This document shows positions 19,436 through 29,157 of a stretch of DNA of 59,267 nt, in pieces (position 1 is the stretch's first letter; each line of letters starts with the position of its first letter). A model generated the notes under the pieces. That model did not search any database. It saw nothing but the letters and a program-made list of their open reading frames with translations, and was not told where the DNA came from. The translations under genes and the position numbers were made by a program. The DNA is from an uncultured Clostridiaceae bacterium (lineage in GTDB: Bacteria; Bacillota_I; Bacilli_A; RFN20; CAG-288), in the NCBI GenBank assembly GCA_964427595.1, contig CAYRUQ010000005.1:1-59267 (forward strand). The letters run 5' to 3'.

Positions 19436-19601
19436 TTTGGACGCCTCCTTATACCTTGAAAATTATAAAAGTTGATGCGTGTTTTTGTAAAGCTAAAATA
19501 AGCAAAATAATAATATTTTTGTGTGTTTTGCTCACTTTGTGCGCAATTATCACTCAAAATAGCTGAATTTATGCGTAATCCTTCAGTAAATGTGCATTTT
19601 G

Positions 19602-19625
19602 AAAAGGCGTGCATTTCTGCACGCC
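19602..19625 (-). terminator. Terminator after the GH2 gene
   Basis: Minus strand GGCGTGCA-GAAA-TGCACGCC-TTTT. Confidence 0.85.
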
Positions 19626-19641
19626 GGATAGAGGACAAATA

Positions 19642-21576
19642 TTACTTCTTTTTCTTCTCCCAACTCATCGAATTACCAGTCTTAACGATATAAGCGGGAT
19701 CTTTCTGATCAACTTTGTTGATAGTCATCTCTTCAGAGAAAGAACCAGCTTCAACTTTGATCTGGTTAGCACCTTTATGTAAAGGAAGCTTGAAGTTGAA
19801 GATCTTATCAGCTTTTAAAGTCTTCACTTTCTTTCCATCGTGATAAAGAGTGACTTCGTCAAGGGTGGAATAGACTTTGATAAGAGTCGTCTTCTCATGT
19901 CTATTGATATATCTTTGTGAGCAGAGATGGATGAATTGCTCATCACTCCAGAAAGCTTTATAAAGATAGAAGGCATCCTTCTTCACTTTACGATCAAAAG
20001 TGACGAGTCCCTTATGATTCTTACCGGCATCATCACCTTGGTTTCTTCCATCAGAACCGAAATCAAACATGTTCCAAATGTGAGTAGCCCACAGATAAGG
20101 ATGTTTCTTAAAGCATTTGATCAAATGTTCATGGTAGATGCACTGATATTCTTCGGTGTTATCTAATCTCTTAGGTTTAGCTGAGTGGAGATTAGGCATA
20201 CCCTCAGCACCATATTCGGAATAACCTAAACATCTCTTAGGATAGATCAAGTGGAAGAAAGAGATCCAAAGGTTGTTGAGGAAGAAGAAAGGAACATACC
20301 AACCTAAATATAAGTTCCAAGAGACGACATCAGTGATATGAGCTGTCTTATCAAAAGGAGCAGCCATCGCATAGCAAGCAAGAGTCGTCTTTCTTGTCTT
20401 ATCAAGGCTATGGACGAGGTTGTTGAGCTTCTTATTTAAAGCTAACATCTCCTTCTTATATTTTCTGACCATCGTGATCTCATTTGAGATACCCCAAACG
20501 ACGATAGAAGGATGATTGTATTGTTGATAAACGAGCTCTTTCATCTGAGAAATGGCATTTTCATCACCATCTTTTAAGTGTTGAGAGATATACGGAATCT
20601 CAGCCCAGACAATCATTCCATATTTATCACAAAGATCATAGAAGTAATCATCATGTTGATAGTGAGCTAAACGGATGGTATTAGCACCGACTTCTCTGAT
20701 CAAAGCCATGTCTTCATCATGCTCAGCTTTAGTCAGTGCATTTCCTAAATGAAGTCTATCTTGATGGCGAGAGACACCATGAAGTGGATAAGGTCTTCCG
20801 TTTAAGAAGAAACCTTTGCGAGGATCGATACGGAAACTTCTCACACCAAAGTTGGTAGAAATTTCATCTAAAACTTCACCAGTTTCTGAGACTAAAGTAG
20901 CGACAGCTTTATATAAGTATGGGTCTTTAACGCCATTCCAAAGATGAACATCAGAAATAGAAATCAATTCTCCATTGGAGTTTTCAGCGATCTTGACTCC
21001 GTCAGCATCATAAATAGCGACATTGACTGCCTTTTCACTCTTGGTATAAGCGGTGATGGTGACATCGGCATCTTTTCCTTTGATGACGCTATCAACCTTG
21101 ATACCTTTAGCACCGAAATAGTCGAGATCAAAATGTTCTTTATTGACAATGATGAAATTGACATCTCTATAAATGCCACCATAGAAAGTGAAATCCGCCT
21201 TCTGAGGATAAACTCTTTCATTTTTTGCGTTATCAGCGATAACCTTCAGCACATTTTTAGAATCTTTATCTAAGAAAGAAGTGAGGTTGAATCTGAAGGT
21301 AGAATAACCACCATCATGATTACCGACTAATTGATCATTTAAATAAACTTCTGCAGAAGAATTAACGCCCTTAAACTCAACATATAATTCTTCATCAACA
21401 TCTAATGTAGGAGCATCAAACTCATAAGTGTAAGTGGCTTTGCCCCTATAATAATCATCTCCGCCATCCTGCCCGTCTTCACCATTCCAGGTATGAGGAA
21501 TGGTTATAGCAATAGTCTCATCAGTCAGTGGATCTGTAAATTTCCATCCTTGATTGATGTTGGTGGTGTTTCTCAT
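19642..21576 (-). CDS. GH2 glycosidase, probably a beta-glucuronidase (cytoplasmic)
   Basis: HGVSRHQD, IRLAHY, acid/base ISNEI, nucleophile YSEYGAE, GUS-type NxKG motif (NHKG at 20008-20019); adjacent to the glucuronate pathway; no signal peptide. Confidence 0.85.
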   Translation of the reverse strand: MRNTTNINQGWKFTDPLTDETIAITIPHTWNGEDGQDGGDDYYRGKATYTYEFDAPTLDVDEELYVEFKGVNSSAEVYLNDQLVGNHDGGYSTFRFNLTSFLDKDSKNVLKVIADNAKNERVYPQKADFTFYGGIYRDVNFIIVNKEHFDLDYFGAKGIKVDSVIKGKDADVTITAYTKSEKAVNVAIYDADGVKIAENSNGELISISDVHLWNGVKDPYLYKAVATLVSETGEVLDEISTNFGVRSFRIDPRKGFFLNGRPYPLHGVSRHQDRLHLGNALTKAEHDEDMALIREVGANTIRLAHYQHDDYFYDLCDKYGMIVWAEIPYISQHLKDGDENAISQMKELVYQQYNHPSIVVWGISNEITMVRKYKKEMLALNKKLNNLVHSLDKTRKTTLACYAMAAPFDKTAHITDVVSWNLYLGWYVPFFFLNNLWISFFHLIYPKRCLGYSEYGAEGMPNLHSAKPKRLDNTEEYQCIYHEHLIKCFKKHPYLWATHIWNMFDFGSDGRNQGDDAGKNHKGLVTFDRKVKKDAFYLYKAFWSDEQFIHLCSQRYINRHEKTTLIKVYSTLDEVTLYHDGKKVKTLKADKIFNFKLPLHKGANQIKVEAGSFSEEMTINKVDQKDPAYIVKTGNSMSWEKKKK

Positions 21577-21624
21577 CGATAAGCTTTCTCCTTTGTTTTA
21601 AAGTAGCTTAAGAATACAACCATT

Positions 21625-21638
21625 TGAAAGCGATTGCA
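21625..21638. promoter_or_regulatory. cre-like box upstream of the GH2 gene
   Basis: TGAAAGCGATTGCA, one mismatch to the cre consensus. Confidence 0.6.
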
Positions 21639-21646
21639 ATTTATTA

Positions 21647-22438
21647 TTAGTTATTACTATTTTTCTTATTTAAGCTAAGTATCTTTATATATTCCCTATA
21701 AAAAGTTGAATAGTTTTCGAATCCATATTGTTCAGCAGCGACAGTCTTTTTAACACCGCTTAAGATTAGTCGATGAGCAGCGATGATTTTCTTTGAACGA
21801 ATGTATTGCATGATCGAAGTGTTCATGTATTTTTTGAAGCAATTGGAAAGATAAGATTTGGAGAAATAGAAGTGATTACAAAGATCCTCTAATGAGATAT
21901 TTTCTTTGAGATGAACATCGATGTAATCGATCACGGATTTGATGATTTGATTCTGTTTAATATTTAACTTGTTCTCTGTCAACTTCTCAGAATCATTGAA
22001 GAGATAGACGAGAATCTTGATCAGTTCAGAAATACAGAGAGCATATTTCTCTTCATCAGATGCAAATTGATTACAATACTCTTCCAAAGCAGAGAAATTT
22101 AAAAAATATTTCATCGATTCCGTTTTGAAATTTGAAACCAATTTAATTCTTTCTGCTAAAAATGATGGTATTATATCGTCTGGAAATTTAAGAACAAACC
22201 TTTCATAAGGTTGATTGAGATTACAAACTGCAAAATGAAATTTACCGCTAGGGATAATGACGATATCGCCAGGCGATAATTTACGGCTTTCTGACTCCAC
22301 ATGATAGTCGACATCCCCTTTTACAAAGAAGAGAATTTCGTTGAAATAATGCATATGTCGAGAGAAACTTTCGCTCGGCTTAGTGCTACTATCAATCTTG
22401 TGTGAAAAGTCAATATCCTTATAAGCAAAATTAAACAT
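21647..22438 (-). CDS. AraC-family regulator (cupin plus double HTH)
   Basis: HMHYFNEILF cupin; SLEDLCNHFYFSKSYLS and YGFENYSTFYR; divergent from uxuA. Confidence 0.93.
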   Translation of the reverse strand: MFNFAYKDIDFSHKIDSSTKPSESFSRHMHYFNEILFFVKGDVDYHVESESRKLSPGDIVIIPSGKFHFAVCNLNQPYERFVLKFPDDIIPSFLAERIKLVSNFKTESMKYFLNFSALEEYCNQFASDEEKYALCISELIKILVYLFNDSEKLTENKLNIKQNQIIKSVIDYIDVHLKENISLEDLCNHFYFSKSYLSNCFKKYMNTSIMQYIRSKKIIAAHRLILSGVKKTVAAEQYGFENYSTFYREYIKILSLNKKNSNN

Positions 22439-22710
22439 ATGTAATAGACAATAGTAATTATAATGAATAGAAAAGATTTTTCAACTGAAAGGAATAACTT
22501 CTGTTGAATACGTCTCCTTTTTTACCATTGTTTGATGCTGAAAAACATGTATGCGTAACACAAATAAGTGAGCTACAGAATAAGCCCTTTCAATTATACA
22601 CGAATTGCAATGTTTTTGAAAAATAATTGCAATTTGTTTTCTTGTGAACTCGCCTATAATTAATAGGTATAGAATTATATAAATAGGTTTAAGACCTGAA
22701 AGGAGTCGAC

Positions 22711-23757
22711 ATGAAACTTACCTTCCGTTGGTACGGTGAGACTGACAGCATTCCGTTAGACTACATCCGTGAAATTCCTGGGATGACCGGAGTTGTCACC
22801 GCTCTTTATGATGCTAAGCCGGGACAAGTTTGGAGCGAAGAATCTTTGAAGAAACAGAAGAGTCTTTGCGAAGAAAAAGGCCTCGAGATGGAGGTCATCG
22901 AATCCATCCCTGTCAGTGAAGACATCAAGCTTGGTAAACCTAACAGAGATGAACTCATCGAAAACTATGCTAAAAACATTGAGTTAGTCGCCAAATATGG
23001 TGTCAAATGTGTCTGTTATAACTTCATGCCCGTCTTCGATTGGTTAAGAACTACGATGCATTACAAAAATGCTGATGGTTCTGACTCACTCGCTTACATC
23101 TATGAAGACTTCCTTAGATGTGATCCTAAGAATCTTCACTTACCTGGTTGGGATGAGAGTTATTCTCAAGATGAATTACAAGCTCTTCTTAACGAATACA
23201 ATAATGTCTCTCATGAACAACTCTTCGAGAATCTTGTCTACTTCTTAAACAAAATAATCCCTGTTTGTGAAAAGTGTGATGTCAACATGGCTATCCATCC
23301 AGATGATCCGCCGTGGGATGTCTTCTCTCTTCCGAGAATCATCTCCAACGAAGAAGATCTCGACCGCCTCTTTAAAGCTGTTCCTAGCACGAGAAATGGT
23401 CTCACGCTCTGCACAGGATCACTTGGTGCTTCAAGACACAATGACTTGATTCACATGGCTGGTAAGTATGCTGCTTTAAATCGTGTCCACTTCGCTCACT
23501 TGAGAAATGTTAAATATCTCGGTGATCACGACTCCTTTGTTGAAGCTGGCCACTATAGCAAGATGGGTTCTTTAGATCTCGCTAGAATCGTTCAAGCTTT
23601 AGTTGATAATGGCTTTGATGGTTATGTGAGACCTGATCATGGTCGTAACATCTTCGGTGAGGATGGAAAACCCGGATATGGTCTCTTCGATAGAGCCTTA
23701 GGTGCCACTTACATCAATGGTCTCTTCGAGATGGCTGAGTTGAATAAGAAGAAATAA
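22711..23757 (+). CDS. uxuA: Mannonate dehydratase
   Basis: MKLTFRWYG, VIESIPV, CYNFMPVFDW, AIHPDDPP, RPDHGR, GYGLFDRALG. Confidence 0.97.
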   Translation: MKLTFRWYGETDSIPLDYIREIPGMTGVVTALYDAKPGQVWSEESLKKQKSLCEEKGLEMEVIESIPVSEDIKLGKPNRDELIENYAKNIELVAKYGVKCVCYNFMPVFDWLRTTMHYKNADGSDSLAYIYEDFLRCDPKNLHLPGWDESYSQDELQALLNEYNNVSHEQLFENLVYFLNKIIPVCEKCDVNMAIHPDDPPWDVFSLPRIISNEEDLDRLFKAVPSTRNGLTLCTGSLGASRHNDLIHMAGKYAALNRVHFAHLRNVKYLGDHDSFVEAGHYSKMGSLDLARIVQALVDNGFDGYVRPDHGRNIFGEDGKPGYGLFDRALGATYINGLFEMAELNKKK

Positions 23758-23772
23758 TTGAGGAGAAAAACA

Positions 23773-24633
23773 ATGAAATATGAAGAATTGCCTCTTGGCG
23801 TCAAATTAGATAACAAAGTCGTAGTAGTCACCGGTGCTGGCGGTGTCATCTGTTCTGCTATCAGCAAAGCCTTAGCAGCTGCTGGTGCTAAAGTCGCTGT
23901 CTTAGATCTCAAGTTAGAAGCTGCTCAAAAGGTAGCTGAAGAGATCAATGCTGATGGTGGTGTCGCTGTCGGTTACTCAGCTAACGTCTTAGATAAAGAT
24001 TCTCTTATCGCTGCTCACAAAGCTATCAATCGTGATTTAGGTTCTGTTGATTTACTAGTCAATGGTGCTGGTGGAAATAACGCCCGTGCTAACACCGATA
24101 AAGAATATTACAGCCCTGGTGACATCGATGATTCTGAACTGAAGACTTTCTTCAATCTTGATTCCGATGGCATCCAATTCGTCTTCAATCTCAACTTCTT
24201 AGGCACTCTCTTACCTACTCAAGTCTTCGCTAAAGATATGTTAGGAAAGAAAGGTTGCTCCGTCTTAAACGTCTCCAGCATGAACGCCTTCACTCCTTTG
24301 ACTAAGATCCCTGCTTATTCTGGTGCTAAAGCTGCTGTCAGCAACTTCACCAAATGGTTAGCCGTTCACTTCTCCAAAGTCGGTATCAGAGTCAACGCTA
24401 TCGCTCCTGGCTTCTTAGCTACTGCTCAAAACAAAAATCTTCTTTTCAACGCTGATGGTACTCCTACTGCGAGAACTGGCAAGATCATCGCTGCCACTCC
24501 TATGGGAAGATTCGGTGAACCTGATGAACTCCTCGGCGCTACCTTATTCCTCCTCTCCGAAAAAGCTAGCTCCTTCATCACCGGTGTCGTCCTTCCCATC
24601 GATGGCGGTTTCTCTAGCTATGCTGGTGTCTGA
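23773..24633 (+). CDS. uxuB: SDR-type D-mannonate oxidoreductase (fructuronate reductase)
   Basis: TGAGGVIC, NGAGGN, PLTKIPAYSGAK (YxxxK), GVVLPIDGG; sits between uxuA and uxaC; start ATG 23773 behind GAGGAG. Confidence 0.88.
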   Translation: MKYEELPLGVKLDNKVVVVTGAGGVICSAISKALAAAGAKVAVLDLKLEAAQKVAEEINADGGVAVGYSANVLDKDSLIAAHKAINRDLGSVDLLVNGAGGNNARANTDKEYYSPGDIDDSELKTFFNLDSDGIQFVFNLNFLGTLLPTQVFAKDMLGKKGCSVLNVSSMNAFTPLTKIPAYSGAKAAVSNFTKWLAVHFSKVGIRVNAIAPGFLATAQNKNLLFNADGTPTARTGKIIAATPMGRFGEPDELLGATLFLLSEKASSFITGVVLPIDGGFSSYAGV

Positions 24634-26057
24634 TGATGAAACAATTTAATGATCAGGATTTCATGCTCACTACTGATACAGCTAAGAAACTGTATCACGA
24701 AGTAGCAGAAAACCTGCCCATCTTCGATTTCCACTGCCATCTTCCTATCGAAGAGATTTATGCTGATAGAACTTATGATTCAATCACTGATCTTTGGTTA
24801 GTCGAAAAACAAAATGGTAAATGCTTCGGTGATCACTACAAATGGAGATTGATGAGAGCTCATGGTGTAAAGGAAGACTACATCACTGGTGATGCCCATA
24901 AGAAAGAGAAATTTCTCAAATGGGCAGATACTCTTCAAAACGCTTTCCTCAATCCTCTTTATCACTGGTCTCATCTTGAGCTGAAGAAGTATTTCGATAT
25001 CAATTATCCTTTAAATGCATCTAACGCAAGTGAGACTTATGACTTATTAAATGAGAAACTCAAATCTCTCTCCGTCAGAAAATTGATCGTCAACTCTAAT
25101 GTCCACTCCCTCTACACCACTGATGATCCTCTCTCTGATCTTCATTATCATCAACTCTTAAAGCAAGATAAGACCTTTAAAGTCACAGTCAATCCCGCTT
25201 TTAGAGCTGATAACTTCCTCAAGATTTATGCTCCTACTTTCAAAGACTATATCAACAATCTTGCTGAAGTGGTCGGTCATCCCATCAATTCATTATCTGA
25301 ACTTGAAAATGCTTTAGAAGCTAGACTTGCTTATTTTGAAGAAAATGGATGTAGAGCTTTCGATGTTTCCTTCGAAGATTTCTTATATGAAAGAAAAAGT
25401 GATGAAGAAGCTGATCAAGTCCTCAAAAAAGCCTTGAATGGTGAGACATTAACTCAAAATGAAATAGCCATCTATCAAGCTTGGATCCTCAACTTCTTCG
25501 GAAAAGGATGCTATAAACATCATTTTGTCATGCAATATCACATCAAAGCTAAGAGAAATCTCAACACTCATGCCTTTGAAACTCTCGGTGCTGATACTGG
25601 TTATGATGCTATCTCTGATACCGATCTCATCCACGCTCTCACTAAAGCCTTAGATGACTTAGAAAAAGAAGATTCTCTTTATAAGACCATCCTCTATCCT
25701 TTACAACCCAGCGATTATGAGACTGTCTTAGCGATGTCTGGATGCTTCCAAAAAGCTCCTTATCAAGGTAAGATTCAATTCGGAGCTGCTTGGTGGTTCA
25801 ACGATCATAGAGACGGTATGGAAAAACAGATGAGAACCTTAGCTGATTATTCTCTTCTTCCCCATTTTGTCGGTATGCTCACTGATTCAAGAAGCTTCTT
25901 AAGTTATGCTAGACACGATTACTTCCGTAGATTACTCTGTAATCTCATAGGTGAAACTGTTGAGAAAGGCGAGTATCCTAATGATGAGGAATTCTTGAAG
26001 AAAATGGTCGCTGATATCAGTTTCTACAACGCAGAGAATTTCTTCACCAAGGATTAA
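24633..26057 (+). CDS. uxaC: Glucuronate isomerase
   Basis: PIFDFHCHL, GDHYKWRLMRA, NPLYHWSHLEL, WWFNDH, GMLTDSRSFLSYARHDYFRR. Confidence 0.97.
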   Translation: MMKQFNDQDFMLTTDTAKKLYHEVAENLPIFDFHCHLPIEEIYADRTYDSITDLWLVEKQNGKCFGDHYKWRLMRAHGVKEDYITGDAHKKEKFLKWADTLQNAFLNPLYHWSHLELKKYFDINYPLNASNASETYDLLNEKLKSLSVRKLIVNSNVHSLYTTDDPLSDLHYHQLLKQDKTFKVTVNPAFRADNFLKIYAPTFKDYINNLAEVVGHPINSLSELENALEARLAYFEENGCRAFDVSFEDFLYERKSDEEADQVLKKALNGETLTQNEIAIYQAWILNFFGKGCYKHHFVMQYHIKAKRNLNTHAFETLGADTGYDAISDTDLIHALTKALDDLEKEDSLYKTILYPLQPSDYETVLAMSGCFQKAPYQGKIQFGAAWWFNDHRDGMEKQMRTLADYSLLPHFVGMLTDSRSFLSYARHDYFRRLLCNLIGETVEKGEYPNDEEFLKKMVADISFYNAENFFTKD

Positions 26058-26083
26058 TTTAAAAATTAGAAAGAAGGTTTGCT

Positions 26084-26683
26084 ATGAATCTGCTAGAAAA
26101 AATTCACGAGTTGAAAGTCGTTCCTGTCGTCGTCTTAAACTCTGTTGATGAAGTCGAAGATAAGATCGGTGCTTTAGTCGAAGGTAACTTACCAGTCGCT
26201 GAAATCACCTTCAGAACCGCTTGTGCAGCTGAAGCTATCAAAAAAAGCTGTGAGCTTTATCCGAATGCTTTAATCGGTGCTGGCACTGTCATCAACGCTA
26301 AACAAGCTGTTGAAGCTATCAATGCTGGTGCTAAATTCATCGTCTCTCCCGGCTTAGCCGAAGATGTTGATGAAGTATGCAAAGCTCAAGGTGTCCCTTA
26401 TCTTCCTGGTGTAGCTACCCCGACTGAAATCATCAGAGCAATCGCTTTAGGACATAAAGTCGTCAAGTTCTTCCCTGCTAGTCTCTATGGTGGCTTAAAA
26501 GGAATCAAGACTTTAGCTTCAGTCTTCCCTGATCTGAAGTTCTTACCGACTGGTGGTATTGATCAAAACACCTACAAAGAATACTTAGCTTATGAGAAGA
26601 TCATCGCTGTCGGTGGTTCTTGGATGACTAAAGGAACTCACGAAGAAATCGTCAATCACTGTTTAGAAATCTCTAATAACTGA
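26084..26683 (+). CDS. eda: KDPG/KHG aldolase
   Basis: AEITFRT, GAGTV, PGVATPTE, VKFFPA, PTGGI. Confidence 0.96.
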   Translation: MNLLEKIHELKVVPVVVLNSVDEVEDKIGALVEGNLPVAEITFRTACAAEAIKKSCELYPNALIGAGTVINAKQAVEAINAGAKFIVSPGLAEDVDEVCKAQGVPYLPGVATPTEIIRAIALGHKVVKFFPASLYGGLKGIKTLASVFPDLKFLPTGGIDQNTYKEYLAYEKIIAVGGSWMTKGTHEEIVNHCLEISNN

Positions 26684-26706
26684 AAGAAAAATTGAGGAGA
26701 AAACTT

Positions 26707-27732
26707 ATGGCAAAAATCGTCACTATGGGTGAGATAATGCTCAGATTATCCACCCCTGGTTATTCCCGTTTCGTACAAGCTGATAACTTCGATGCTTGCT
26801 ATGGAGGTGGTGAAGCAAATGTCGCCGTCTCTTTAGCTAACTATGGTCATGATGCTTACTTCGTCACTAAAGTCCCTGCTCATGAGATCGGAGATTGTGC
26901 AATCAACTCTTTAAGAGAATTCGGTGTCGATACCTCTTATATCGCCAGAGGCGGAGAGAGACTCGGTATCTATTATCTTGAGACTGGTGCTTCGATGCGT
27001 CCTTCTAAAGTCGTTTATGACCGTGCTCACTCATCCATCGCTGAAGCTGATGTCTCTGACTTTGATTTTGACGCTATCTTTGAAGGAAAGGATTGGTTCC
27101 ACTTCACCGGTATCACTCCCGCTATCTCTGAGAAAGCTCAGGAGTTGACTAAAGTCGCTTGCCAAGTCGCTAAGAAACATGGTTTGACCATCTCTTGTGA
27201 TCTCAACTTCAGAAAGAAACTTTGGTCTAGTGAAAAAGCTATCGAAGTCATGACTTCTTTGATGCCTTATGTCGATGTCTTAATCGGCAATGAAGAAGAT
27301 TGTGAAAAATGCCTCGGATTTAAAGCAGCTAAGAGCGATGTCACCAAGGGTGAACTTAATCTCGCTGGTTATGAGGATGTCTTCGTCCAATTGAAGAACC
27401 GCTTCGGTTTCAAGTATATGGCTACTTCTTTAAGAGAATCCTATTCTGCATCCGATAATGGTTGGTCTGCTTTGATTTATGATGGCAAAGAATTCCATCA
27501 CTCTCGTCAGTATGATATTCGTATCGTCGATAGAGTCGGTGGTGGTGATTCCTTCTCTGGCGGTCTCATTCATGGCTTGATCGCCTATAACGGAGATGAG
27601 AAGAAAGCTGTCGAGTTCGCCGTCGCTGCTTCTGCTTTAAAACAGACTATTCCCGGTGATACTAACCATGTCTCTAAAGAAGAAGTTGAGACTTTAATGA
27701 ACGGAGATGCCTCCGGTAGAGTCCAAAGATAA
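26707..27732 (+). CDS. kdgK: 2-keto-3-deoxygluconate kinase (PfkB family)
   Basis: GEIMLRL, GGGEANVA, DLNFRKKLW, DRVGGGDSF; start ATG 26707 behind GAGGAG. Confidence 0.95.
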   Translation: MAKIVTMGEIMLRLSTPGYSRFVQADNFDACYGGGEANVAVSLANYGHDAYFVTKVPAHEIGDCAINSLREFGVDTSYIARGGERLGIYYLETGASMRPSKVVYDRAHSSIAEADVSDFDFDAIFEGKDWFHFTGITPAISEKAQELTKVACQVAKKHGLTISCDLNFRKKLWSSEKAIEVMTSLMPYVDVLIGNEEDCEKCLGFKAAKSDVTKGELNLAGYEDVFVQLKNRFGFKYMATSLRESYSASDNGWSALIYDGKEFHHSRQYDIRIVDRVGGGDSFSGGLIHGLIAYNGDEKKAVEFAVAASALKQTIPGDTNHVSKEEVETLMNGDASGRVQR

Positions 27733-27759
27733 TTAGATTTCTATAATTAAGTAAGTAAT

Positions 27760-27795
27760 AGACTGTTCTAGAAGATTCTAGAATGGTCTTTTTTT
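27760..27795 (+). terminator. Terminator of the hexuronate operon
   Basis: AGACTGTTCTAGA-agat-TCTAGAATGGTCT-TTTTTT. Confidence 0.85.
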
Positions 27796-27923
27796 ATGTA
27801 ATCAAAACTAGAAGAAGATGTGCTTACTAAATTATTGTCTCTGTTAAACATAACTTATTAAATTTGTCTACGTTAATATTCTTACCTTCATTTATAATGT
27901 TGACACACAAGGAGTCACAAAAA

Positions 27924-28895
27924 ATGAAGAAAAATCTTTTATTACTTACTCTTCTCTCTACTTTCGCCTTAACTGGTTGTTCACTTTTTAACGCTGGAGA
28001 ATCTAGTAGTCTAGATACCAGTAATCAATTCGAAAGCAGTCAAAGTTCTATTGAAGATTCTACTTCTGTAGATAGTGATACTTCTTCTTTGACTGCGGAC
28101 GAATTATTAGCTGCTTCTGAATCTTTTAGTATTCAAGACTATAAGACTCTTGATTATTCCATTTGGATGCATATGCAAGGCACTTCTGAAGATGGTAGTG
28201 TCACTTCAAGTGGAACAACAGATGTAGAAATGTCTCAGAGAGCAATTTTTGATACTACAACTGAAGGAGAATATTACTATTACTACACTTACACAGCTTC
28301 TACTTCTATTTTGACTGATTCCGGTGAAGAAACTGCTGTATCAACTGAATTCAGCATCGAAATTCGACCTGATAGTGGAAACTATATCGTCTCGCAAGAA
28401 TACACTGTTAGTGGTAAAACTACTTCATCTAGTATCACTGATACTGATACAGAACTATATGATCAAGAAATTAAATCCACATTAACTTCTTTTATTTCTA
28501 GTGAAGAAAATATAGTTACTACTGAAAGCCTTGAATCAATTATGGATTCTTTAACTGATCCAGTTTATAAAAGAACCGAAGGCGGTTATCTTGTTTCAGG
28601 TGATATTAACTTTAGTGATTCTTACTTATTTAAGTCTATCTATATGACAAGCACAGGAGAAATCACGACAACTTTTTATTCCGATGCACTGATGTATTCT
28701 GAAGTTGGTTTTAATGAATATGGCCATATAACCTCAAGAGTCGAAAATGTTTATGAAAGCATCGAATACTCTACTACCGCTGATTTTGGAACAACTGAGG
28801 CCACCGCTGAGGGAACTATTGATGCTATGGATACCATTCTCAATATCGCCTATGATGAAGAAGTCGACACCTCAGCAAAAGTAATCGTTGAATAA
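27924..28895 (+). CDS. Acidic S/T-rich lipoprotein of unknown function
   Basis: Start ATG 27924 behind AAGGAG; lipobox FALTG-C; TATAAT at 27893-27898. Confidence 0.82.
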   Translation: MKKNLLLLTLLSTFALTGCSLFNAGESSSLDTSNQFESSQSSIEDSTSVDSDTSSLTADELLAASESFSIQDYKTLDYSIWMHMQGTSEDGSVTSSGTTDVEMSQRAIFDTTTEGEYYYYYTYTASTSILTDSGEETAVSTEFSIEIRPDSGNYIVSQEYTVSGKTTSSSITDTDTELYDQEIKSTLTSFISSEENIVTTESLESIMDSLTDPVYKRTEGGYLVSGDINFSDSYLFKSIYMTSTGEITTTFYSDALMYSEVGFNEYGHITSRVENVYESIEYSTTADFGTTEATAEGTIDAMDTILNIAYDEEVDTSAKVIVE

Positions 28896-29073
28896 CTCAT
28901 ATATAAATAATTTGTTTAATTGTACCAATCTGTGAACTAGACATTTTTAGTGAGTCTGTTGATGTGTTTTTTAACATGAACCTCTTTTGAAAAAGCAAGT
29001 TTTTGGATTGATTTTTAAAATGGAGAAACTATGTCAAAATTATTTCTATCTTTATTTATAAATATAGTTTGAA

Positions 29074-29102
29074 TTGCTCTCTTGAAAGCGCTATTCTATT
29101 GT
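29074..29102 (+). promoter_or_regulatory. Promoter of the GPH transporter, with a cre-like box in the spacer
   Basis: TTGCTC-17-TATTGT; TGAAAGCGCTATTC at 29083-29096. Confidence 0.55.
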
Positions 29103-29157
29103 AGTGAAGTTGCTGCGAACGCAGCACATTAGTCTATTTTTCTAGAAAGGAAACACT

